A stretch of DNA of 64,000 nucleotides. Origin: Anaeramoeba ignava BMAN (Eukaryota > Protista > Anaeramoebae). The notes under the pieces are model-generated. The model was not told where the DNA came from. It worked only from the letters and a program-made list of their open reading frames with translations, and made no database searches. Where the stretch lies: positions 62,001-126,000 of the forward strand of contig JAPDFW010000081.1 of the NCBI GenBank assembly GCA_028826165.1, given 5' to 3'. The position numbers and the translations under genes were made by a program. Of the stretch, positions 21,805 through 33,172 are shown piece after piece (position 1 is the stretch's first letter; every line of letters starts with the position of its first letter).

Positions 21805-22819
21805 TTAATAATAGTAATAATAATAAAATCCCTCACAAATTATCTTATAAGGTCCTGTTTGCCAAATCCTTTCTAAATTCTCATCACATTCAAGAAATAA
21901 ATCTCCTCCTTCCATATGTACTGTTGCAGATCTGCTAATTTTATTTGTCTTAACAGCAACAGCAAAAACAGCTGCAGCTCCAGATCCGCATGCTTTAGTA
22001 CGTCCAGATCCTCTTTCCCAAACATACATTTTGATTTCGTTTTCAGATTTGATTTCTGCAAACTCACAATTTGTTTTGTTGGGAAACATCTTATGATTTT
22101 CAACTAAATAACCAACTTTTTCTACATCAATTTTTTCTAAATCTTCTACAAAAAAAACTGCATGAGGATTTCCCATTGAAACTGTTGATAATTTACTTTT
22201 AAATCCTTCAACTTCAAAGGATTCTTCGATAATCATTTGTAATCCAAAAATATTTTCAACTGGAATTTTTTCAATTTCAAAAATTGGTTTTGGAAGTTGT
22301 GCTTTAACAAGATTATTTCGGATAATTTCAACTTGAAGTTGGATTTGGTTTGAAAAAATGGAAAAGGTTTGATTTTTTTCAATTTGATTTTCATAAAGAT
22401 AACCAGCAAGAGATCTTGTTGCATTTCCACAAATTTCTGCTTTACTTCCATCACTGTTATAAATTTCCATTAAATATTTTTTCTTTTTGATTCCTTTAAT
22501 AACAACTAATCCATCAGATCCAATTCCAAAATTTCTGTTACTAATTTTTTTAGTAAGATCTTTTATATTTATATTTATATTTATATTTTGATTTTTGATT
22601 TTGATTTTGATTTTGAATTTGAAATTGATTTTGATTTTGATTTTGAAATTGATTTTGATTTTGATTTTGAAATTGATTTTGATTTTGAATTTGATTTTGA
22701 TTTTCATTTTGATTTTGATTTTTGGATTTGAGTTCTTTTGAATGAATAAAAATATAATCATTTCCAAGTGCTTCAATTTTAAAGAATTTAATTTTAATTT
22801 TATTATTTTGATTATTCAT
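21805..22819 (-). CDS. dapF: Diaminopimelate epimerase with an NQ-repeat insertion and a 1-nt frameshift near 22593
   Basis: FFKIEALGNDY (cf. FxKMHGLGNDY), FGIGSDG, NSDGSKAEICGNATR, SMGNPHAV, FPNKTNCEF, WERGSGRTKACGSG, GGDL and TGP. Both catalytic Cys are present. Confidence 0.88.
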
Positions 22820-22925
22820 TTTTTAAATTATTATTTTGATGAAGAAAAAAAAATGAAAAAAAATTTAATTTTTCGCTTTTTTTTTTCTTTTGATGATTTT
22901 CATTTTTTTCTTGTTGGATTTTAAA

Positions 22926-25900
22926 ATGGAAAATTTCTTTTTTTCCTCATTCTTTTTATATTTGGATTTTCTTATTCAATTTAGTAAAATAAAAATTAAA
23001 AATATTTAATCAATTTTAAATTAAAATTTTTTCATTTATTAATTTATATAATTTTTAATTAATTTTTTTTTAGTAAAAATGATCCTGCACCTGGACCTGG
23101 TGTTATTCAAATTTATTATTATTCTTCATGGGGTGCAAACACACATATCCACTACAGCGCAAATAACGGACAATGGACACCAGGTAAAACAATTTAACGA
23201 AATCAAATTTTAAATTTCATTCTAATTTTTAAATTTATCCAAACAAAAAAAAATTAACAAAACGGGAAATTGAATTTTTTTGCTCAACAAAAGTTCCTGG
23301 AGTTTTAATGAACATATCAACAAACTCAACATGGCCACCACCGAACTTTTATGTGAGAGCATTCTACGCGAACACAATGCAATTTGTATTTACAGATGGG
23401 AATGGAAATTGGGATCATTATAAAACTGGTGGAAATTACTACATCTCAATGCCAGGTATTTATGTGGTTCAGAATCATGATATCCAGGTCATACATACTT
23501 ATCCAGATGCTTGTCCTGGAAACCCTCCTTGTTCTAATCATGGAACTTGTGTTAATGGAACTTGCGATTGTCAAGATGGCTATTATACTGCTAATTGTTC
23601 TCTTTATTGTAATCCTGATGACCATATTTTGTGTGAAGATGGCACAAGGTGTGTTGTTGGTCATACTTGTCCTCCTCTTCCTGGTTTGTTTATTTTTTTA
23701 TATTTTAATTTCAAAATCAAATTCAAAATCAAAATCAAATTCAATTTCAAAATCAAAATCAAATTCAAAATCAAATTTAAAATTAAAATTAAAATCAAAA
23801 TCAAAATCAAAATCAAAATTCAAAATCAAAATTAAAATCAAAATCAAAATCAAAATCAAAATTAAAATCAAAATTAAAATCAAAATCAATTTAAAAATCA
23901 AAATTAAAATCAAAATCTAAATCAAAATCTAAATCAAAATCAAAATCAAAATCAAAATCAAAATCAAAATCAAAATCAAAATCAAAATCAAATTCAATTT
24001 CAAATTCAATTTCAAATTCAAAATCAATTTCAAAATCAAAATCAAAATCAAAATAAAATTCAATTTCAATTTCAATTTCAAAATCAAAATCAAATTCAAA
24101 ATCAAATTCAAAATCAAAATCAAAATCAAAATCAAAATCAAAATCAAAATTAAAATCAAAATTAAAATCAAAATTAAAATCAAAATCAAAATCAAAATCC
24201 AAATCAAAATCAATATCAAAATCAAAATCAAAATCAATTTCAAATTCAAAATTTAAATCAAAATCAAAATCAAAATCAAAATTAATTTCAAAATCAATTT
24301 CAAAATCAAAATCAAAATCAAATTCAAAATCAAAATCAAAATCAAAATCAAAATCAAAATCAAAATCAAAATCAAAATTAAAATCAAAATCAAAATTGAA
24401 ATTAAAATCAAAATCAAAATCAATTTCAAAATAAAAATCAAAATTAAAATCAAAATCAAAATAATCAAAATAAATCAAAATCAAAATTAATTTCAAAATT
24501 AAAATCAAAATCAAAATCAAAATCAATTTCAAAATCAATTTCAAAATCAAAATCAAAATCAAAATCAAAATCAATTTCAAAATTAAAATCAAAATCAAAA
24601 TTAAAATCAAAATCAAAATCAAAATCAAAATAAATCAAAATCAAAATTAATTTCAAAATTAAAATCAAAATTAAAATCAAAATCAAAATCAAAATCAATT
24701 TCAAAATCAATTTCAAAATCAAAATTATAATCAAATTCAAATTCAAATTCAAATTCAAAATTGAAATCAAAATCAAATTCAATTTCAAATTCAAAATTAA
24801 AAGGTTGCGAAATTTTCACAGATGGAAAATGTTCAGGAGATGAAATTAACATGCCAGATAGTTTTGCAAATGTATATCAAAATAAATACACAGGAAATAA
24901 ATCAACATAAGATTAAAATAAATAAAAAACATAATCAATTTTTAAAAAAATTTAGCGGAGATGGCAAACACCAGGACAAAATGATCCAGATTATCAATCA
25001 TCATTTCAATATTACAATGTTCTTGTTGGATATGCTGATGTTAAATATTCTTCTGATAGAAAATCAGCAACTGTCAATTTAATTGGAATTCATAAAAACT
25101 CAGTTACTTTAACTTATGAATTTGATGGACAAACTCAATCTTCTTCTCAAAAAAGTTTTGATTCAAGTTTTAATAAACCTTTAACTTTGGCTATTTATGG
25201 TGCTGATGGTTCAAAATTAAAATTAGATCCTGTTGATTTTATGTGGAATACTCACACTCCAATTGTTCATGAATCTGGTGATTATAGAAATGGTCAAAAG
25301 GGTTCAATTATTGATTTATTTGGTAATTCAATTTCAATTTTAATTTCAATTTCAATTTCAAATTCAATTTCAATTTCAAATTCAATTTTAATTCCAATTT
25401 CAATTTTAATTTCAATTTTAATTTCAATTTTAATTCTAAATTCAATTTCAATTTTAATTCTAAATTCAATTTCAATTTTAATTTCAAATTCAATTTCAAT
25501 TTCAATTTTAATTTCAAATTCAATTTCAATTTCAATTTTAATTTTAATTTTAAATTCAATTTCAATTTCAATTTTAATTTTAATTTCAATTTAAATTGAA
25601 ATTTAAATTTTAATTTAAATTTCAATTTCAATTTTAATTTCAATTTTAATTTCAAATTCAATTCCAATTTCAATTTTAATTTCAATTTTAATTTCAATTT
25701 CAATTTTAATTTTAATTTCAATTTTAATTCTAAATTCAATTTCAAATTCAATTTTAATTTCAAATTCAATTTTAATTTTAATTTCAATTTTAATTTTAAT
25801 TTCAATTTTAATTTCAATTTCAATTTCAATTCTAAATTCAATTTTAATTCTAATTTCAATTTTAATTTTAATTTTAATTTTAATTTTAATTTCAATTTCA

Positions 25901-28900
25901 ATTTCAATTTCAATTTTAATTTTAATTTCAATTTTAAATTCAAATTCAATTTCAAATTCAATTTCAATTTTAATTTTAATTTTAATTTTAATTTCAATTT
26001 CAATTTCAATTTTAATTTCAATTTCAAATTCAATTTCAAATTCAATTTCAATTTTAATTTTAATTTTAATTTTAATTTCAATTTCAATTTCAATTTTAAT
26101 TTCAATTTCAAATTCAATTTAAATTTCAATTTCAATTTCAATTTTAATTTCAATTTCAATTTTAATTTAAATTTCAATTTCAATTTCAATTTTAATTTTA
26201 ATTTCAATTTTAATTTTAATTTCAATTTTAATTCTAAATTCAATTTCAATTCTAAATTCAATTTCAATTTTAAATTCAATTTCAATTTAAATTCAATTTC
26301 AATTTAAATTCAATTTCAAATATAAATCAAAATCTCAAATTCAAATTTTTCAAAATTTAATCCAAAAATAAAGGATGGCCTGATGAAGATATCGCTCAAG
26401 AATGTGAAAGCATTGGAAAAATGGGTTAGTTAAATTAATACAAAAATTCTTATCTCATTTAAATTTGTCTTATTCATTTTTCTTACTTTTTAAATCTTTC
26501 TAAATAATTTTTCATTTAAAATTCAATAATAATTTAAACAATAAAAAGGATATCTTGGAGTTAAACTATTTCCTCATCAAGAACAATTAATGTCTGATGA
26601 ACCATTTAATGATCAAGTAATTTTTTAAAATTCAAAAATAAAAATCAAAAATAAAATTCAAAATTCTAAAAAAAAATTATATAAATTTTATAGTTAAATC
26701 CGTGGTACTTTTATTATCAGCCGTATGTGAAATAATTTATCTTAATTTTAAATTTAATAAGATTATTTAAATTATTTTATATTTTATATTTTAATTATTT
26801 AGTGTTAGCTATCGACTTCAAGGAAGACATGGTAAATATTTTAAAACAAAAATATTTGATTTCAATTTCATTCATTTTAAAAAATTCATTTTAAAAAATT
26901 TCTTTTTCTTTTTCTTTCCTTTCTAAAGGAACTAGGGATGTTCTTAGACAAACTATTGCAACTTGCAGATCTAATAAAGTTCGAGTTTATGCAGATGCTG
27001 TTACCAATGTTAGCAAATATTTTTATTTACTTTTATATATAAAAAAAATATCATAATATTAATTATTATCTAAAAAAAAAAATCAAATCAAATCAAATCA
27101 AATCAAATCAAATCATATTAAAATTATTTAGCACATGGTTGGATCAGGAAATGATATGCAATATCATCGAAACTCACCAAGTCAAGGAAGTAATTTATTA
27201 AAAATATTCTTTTTTTTCGATATTTTCCTTTTAAAAAAAAAATATCTTTAATTTTTCTTTAGATTGTGTTTATTGGCCACCAAAATCAAGTTCAGCAAGT
27301 GATGTCTCTCCATTTTATACACAAGGATTTTGTTATTCTGTATATTTTGATGATTAAATTAAATCCAATTAAATTCAATTAAATCAAATTAAATCCATTT
27401 TATCCAAAAAAAAATAGTATAATAACAATACTAATCTTCCACCAAGTCAAGAGTTTCCAGCTGTTCCTTATGGACCTCTTGATTTTCATTGTGAAAGACC
27501 TCTTAATTCTTGGACCTCTCCTTTAGATTTAAATGTACTAAAAAATGGATTTTATTTGAATAATTTTTTAATCATTTTTTAATCATATTTTAATTATATT
27601 TTAATCATATTTTAATAATATTTTAATTATATTTTAATTATATTTTAATTATTTTTTAATTATTTTTTAATAATATTTTAATTATATTTTAATCATTTTT
27701 TAATAATATTTTAATAATATTTTAATCATATATTTTAATCATATTTGAATATTTTTTAATCATTTTTTAATCATTTTTTAATCATTTTTTAATCATTTTA
27801 GGCTGGTTGGTTGACTGGTTTAGTTGATATTAATACTGAAAGGGAAAATGTTCAAGATAGAATTGCTGCATATCTTGTTTGTTTTTCTTTTTAATTAGAA
27901 ATTCTTTTTCTTTAATTTAATTTAATTTAATTTAATTTAGACTGATTTAATTGGAATTGGTTTTACTGGTCTTAGAATTGATGGTATTTCTAAAATTTAT
28001 TTTAAAATTTATTCTAAAATTTATTCTAAAATTTATTTCTAAATTTATTTCTAAATTTTATTCTAAAATTTATTCTAAAATTTATTTTAAAATTTATTTA
28101 TAAATTTATTTCTAAAATTTATTCATAAATTTATTTATAAATTTATTTCTAAAATTTATTTCTAAATTTATTTCTAAAATTTATTCTAAAATTTATTCTA
28201 AAATTTATTCTAAAATTTATTTAATAAATTTATTCTAAAATTTATTTCTTAAATTTATTTCTAAAATTTATTTATAAATTTATTTCTAAAATTTATTTAA
28301 AATTTATTTAATAATTAAAATTAAAGCTGCAAAACATATCAAACCAGATGATTTAGTAGCAATTTTTACAAAACTCCGAACAAACTTAGGAGGAACATTC
28401 CCAGATGGTAAAAATAAAAAATAGAAGAACAAAAACAATAATAAAATTTAAAATCATTAACAAAAAAAAATAATTAATTTAATTATTGAATAATAGATTT
28501 CATTACTTGGTGGGAAATTCTTCTTGGAGGAGAAGCAGACATGCTCATGTGTAATGAAAATTCAGGATATAATTATGGGCAATATCTTGTTAATAAACTC
28601 CAAAATGCAGGATTTAGTTTGGATGATATCAAAAAAATCAAGATTTGGAATTCAGGATATCCCAAAGAACCTGATGTTAATTGCCAAACAGACTCACTAG
28701 GAAAATGGAGACAAGTGATTCAAAATGATGATCATGATCAAGTCATAATCAAAAAAAATAATTAATTTCTTTTATTTCAAACTCAAAATCTTTTTTGATA
28801 ATTTTAATTTTATTCTTTGATTTTGAATATACAGCAAGAAGGTGGTTCTTCTTCAAGAGATATGGGAGATCAAGGTTCTGTTCTTGTTATTGATATGGAT

Positions 28901-30692
28901 ATTCCTAAACACAGATATTTTGAAGTCAAATTGTTCCAGGATCCTAATGGTGTTTCTGATAATGTATTTTATTTTGATTTTTTGATTTTTTGATTTTTAA
29001 AATTTATTTGAAAAATTTTCAAAATTAAAATTTTGTTTTAGAGTAATGAATGTCCAATAAGAAATGTTCTTTCTTCCTATTATTTCACAACAGCCCAAAA
29101 CAATGGTAAAATATTAAAATAAATATTGAAATAAATATTCAAAATAAATATTAAAATTATTAAAATAAATATTAAAATAAATATTAAAATTATTAAAATA
29201 AATATTAAAATAAATATTAAAATTATTATTAAAATAAATATTATAATAAATATTATAATAAATATTTTAATAAATATTTTAATAAATATTCAAATAAATA
29301 TTTAAATTATTAAAATAAATATTATAATAAATATTTAAATAAATATTAAAATGAATATTATAATAAATATTAAAATAAATATTAAAATAAATATTAAAAT
29401 AAATATTATAATAAATATTAAAAATAAATATTCAAATCAATATTAAAATAAATATTTAAATAAATATTCAAAATAGTTCATGCAATTCCTGATGGGTTAT
29501 CTGATTGTAGCTTATGCAAAGTTAATTGTGATACTTGTAATACAGTTACATACACTAAAGCATATCAAGGAGATAAATGTGGTTATGATGGTCCGGTTTA
29601 TACTCGGTAATTCAAAATCAATAACAATAACAATAAAATAATAGAATTGATCAATTACAAAATCAAAATAAAAATAAAAATCAAAATCAAAATCAAAATC
29701 AAAATCAAAATCAAAATCAAAATCAAATCCAAATTCAAAATCAAAATCAAATTCAAAATCAAATTCAAAATCAAATTTAAAATCAATTTCCGATTCAAAT
29801 TCAATATTTAATATTTGAAATTATAAACAAAGGAAATGATCTATGAACAAAAAATTAAAAATTAAACTTAAAACAACAATTAATACTTAAAATAAACTAA
29901 TTGATCAATTACAAATTCATATTCAAACTCAAGATCAATTACACATTCAAATTCAAACTCAAATTCAAAATTAAAATAATCAAAACAAGTTGCATTCATT
30001 ATTGAATATTGATATGAATTAACAAAATAAATTAAACTTAAAACAACAATTAATACTTAAAATAAACTAATTGATCAATTACAAATTCATATTCAAATTC
30101 AAATTCAAATTTATATACAAATTCAAATTCAAATTCAAATTCAAATTCTAAATAATCAAAACAAGTTGCATTCATTATTGAATATTGATATGAATCAACA
30201 AAATAAAAATTAAACTTAAAACAACAATTAATACTTAAAATAAACTAATTGATCAATTACAAATTCAAAATCAAAATCAAATTCAAATTCATATTCAAAT
30301 TCAAATTCAAATTCAAATTCAAATTCAAATTCAAATTCAAATAATCAAAACAAGTTGCATTCATTATTGAATATTGATATGAATCAACAAAATAAAAATT
30401 AAACTTAAAACAACAATTAATACTTAAAATAAACTAATTGATCAATTACAAATTCAAATTCAAAATCAAATTCAAATTCAAATAACCAAAACAAATCAAA
30501 ATTCTAAATCAAATAATCAATTATTTATTCAAACAATTAAAAAATTTTCATTAATTTTTGTTTTGTTTTGTTTTTTTAATTCAATACAGTGTTCATCGAG
30601 ATAAATCAATTATTATGGCAATGCGCGCATGGATGGGTTTATCAACTGATGTTTCCAACGCAGATATTGGCATTCCAGATAATTGTCAGTAA
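22926..30692 (+). CDS. Secreted alpha-amylase (GH13) with N-terminal CBM25/26-like starch-binding module and EGF-like domain, about 21 exons
   Basis: The spliced product gives a hydrophobic leader (needs a 1-nt fix at the start), IHY..NGQWT.VPG.LM...FVFTDGNGNWD, EGF CSNHGTCVNGTCDCQDGYYTANC, then GSIIDLFGWP, YQPVSY, VYADAVTNHM, GLVDIN, GLRIDAAKH (nucleophile), WWEIL (acid/base) and NDDHD. All introns read as GT-AG. Confidence 0.88.
29860..30480. repeat. ~170-190-bp tandem repeat (3-4 copies) with a variable internal (AAATTC)n, in the last amylase intron
   Basis: 'aaacttaaaacaacaattaatacttaaaataaactaattgatcaattac' recurs near 29864, 30034, 30213 and 30401. Confidence 0.85.
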
Positions 30693-31271
30693 TCTACTTT
30701 TTTTTTTACTGATAAAAACTTTCGGAAAAAAAAAATTTTTTTTGATTCTTCTTTTCTTTCTTTCTTTTTTTTCTTTTTCATTGATACTTGAATTTGATTT
30801 TGATTTTTTAATAAGGAAATAACAAAACACAAAGGTGAATAGGCAATTCATTCAATAAAAATCAAAAACTCAAAAAATTTCCTTTTTTAATTTAATTTTT
30901 TAATTTAACTTTTTTTAAATAAAAAATTTTTTTTATTTAAAAAGAGATCGCTCCACTTTGAGAACGCTTGATCCAACTTTTTTGTTTATATATTTGTTTT
31001 ATTCTTTAAGTGGAATTTGTTTCTGAAATCCAAACAAGAGATTAAAATTAAAATTATTACTTTTTCTTTTTGTTATTCATTTTTGGACAGAAAAAATTAA
31101 TTAAATTAGAAATTCTTTTAATAAACCTTATTATAAATTATCCTTTTTCAAATTGTTTTTTCCTCTTCTTCAAATCAATTAATTGATCCACTTTTTTTAA
31201 CCATTTTTTTTTTCATTTTTATTTTCCTTTTTTTATTTAAAAAACACAAAATAAATATTTTTGTTTACAAA

Positions 31272-32562
31272 ATGAATTCTTTTGAAAAAGAATTAATACA
31301 AACTGATTCCGAAACTGTCTCCAATGAATCTAATATTGTGAATCAAAAAGGTAACCCATTAAATTCAATTTATTCCTTTTCAAAAATCATTTCAAAAAAA
31401 ATTTTTTTTAATTGTTTATTAAGTTATAAATGAATAAGTTATCAATTTAGTTATTTTCTATTTCAATTATTTTAAAATTAAAAACTTTTTTTTTTTAATT
31501 ATCATTTTAAAGGATTGAATTTTGCTTTTTTTTTGAATTTATCCACATTTTTCAAATATAAATTTTTCTTTTTTTTTTGATAGAATATTAATTAATTTTA
31601 ATTGCAAAAATTATATTTAATAAGAATTCCATTTTTTTTTGAAAGTATTTGGAAATTTTAGCTTAAATAAATTCCACTTTATTCTTTTTTATTATTTATA
31701 TTTTTCCTGTTTTTAATAAATTTTCGATTTTTTTTTCCTCTTTTTTTTTAATTCAAATTCAAATTCAAATTCAAATTCAAATTCAAATTCAATATTTATT
31801 CCACTTTTTTAATTTTTTTTCTATTTCAAAAAAATAGAGAAAAAAATTGAAAAAGAAAAAGAAGAAGAAAAAGAAAAAGAAGAAAAAGAAGAAGAACAAA
31901 AAGAAGAAGAACAAAAAGAAGAACAATTTCAACAAACAATTTCATTTCCTCCACAAGATTATTTCCTCAATTATCAGGATCCAAATATATTCAACAATCC
32001 ATATGGATTTGTCTTTATTGGAGCTCCAGTTCAAACATCGAATTTTGGCAATCCAATTAATGGAATAAATCAAACAATTCCATTATTTGTTCCAACTTAC
32101 ATGGATCAAACACAAAATCAACTACCAAACTATTTCAATCCATTCTTTTTTCAAGAAGAAACAACAAAAACGAATGAAAATACAAACAAGAAAAATCAAA
32201 CAGAAAAAAATGAAAATGTTGATGAAGATGAAGATTTTTCAATGAAAACTTCAACAAGATTTGGAGAAAGATTGGATCAGATATCAAAATCACATCCTTC
32301 TTGGTTTAAGGGATGGAACAAAAATACTTATTCGATGTTTCTTAAAAGAGGTGTTGTTCCTGAATCAGTTGAAATTAAATCAGATGCTATTGAATTTATG
32401 GTTGAAGCTCTTCTTAGAAATGATCAAAAGATTCAAGTTGATTCAAGGAAATTAAGAAGAAATATCAGAAGAGGAATTACTAGATTTCTTCAAAGAACTA
32501 TGAAACTTAAGAATTTAAGTCCTTATGATCATAGAAAAATGGTTTGGGGAAAATCTAATTGA
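31272..32562 (+). CDS. Hypothetical protein with acidic and Q/P/N-rich regions and a compact basic C-terminal domain
   Basis: Exon 31272-31350, intron 31351-31837 (GT-AG), exon 31838-32562 in frame with ORF 32101-32562. Confidence 0.7.
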
Positions 32563-33050
32563 AAATTTTTTTTATTCCACTTTTTTTTCTTTGATATTTT
32601 AAAATAACAAAAAAAGCAATTTTTTTCTTTGATATTTTGAATTTGAATGAAATTAATTTTTAAATTGATTTTTATTTTTTATTTTAAAATTAAAATTGAA
32701 ATTAAAATTAAAATTAAAATTAAAATTAAAATTAAAATTAAAATTAAAATCTAATTGAAAATTTTTTTTATTCCACTTTTTTTTCTTTGATATTTTAAAA
32801 TAACAAAAAAAGCAATTTTTTTCTTTTGATATTTTGAATTTGAATGAAATTAAATTTTTAAATTGATTTTTATTTTTTATTTTAAAATTAAAATTGAAAT
32901 TAAAATTAAAATTAAAATTAAAATTAAAATCTAATTGAAAATTTTTTTTATTCCACTTTTTTTTCTTTGATATTTTAAAATAACAAAAAAAACAATTTTT
33001 TTCTTTTGATATTTTGAATTTGAATGAAATTAAAATTTAAAATTAAAATT
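32551..33050. repeat. Triplicated ~180-195-bp segment spanning the stop codon and 3' flank of the preceding gene
   Basis: 'aaatctaattgaaaattttttt(t)attccacttttttt...gaatgaaattaa' at about 32551, 32746 and 32926. Confidence 0.85.
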
Positions 33051-33172
33051 TGTAGTCGATTTTTAAAGTAATTTTGATTTACGAATTTTTTTTCCCTTTT
33101 TTTATTTAATTTTTTTTATTTTTATTTTTTTTATTTTTTTTCATTTTTCAGTTCTCGATTTTTTTTATTAAA

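Noticed and set aside
30940-31030. Slightly GC-richer intergenic patch as an ncRNA or tRNA
   Set aside because: No cloverleaf, box C/D or Sm pattern recognisable; an Infernal/Rfam search would be needed.
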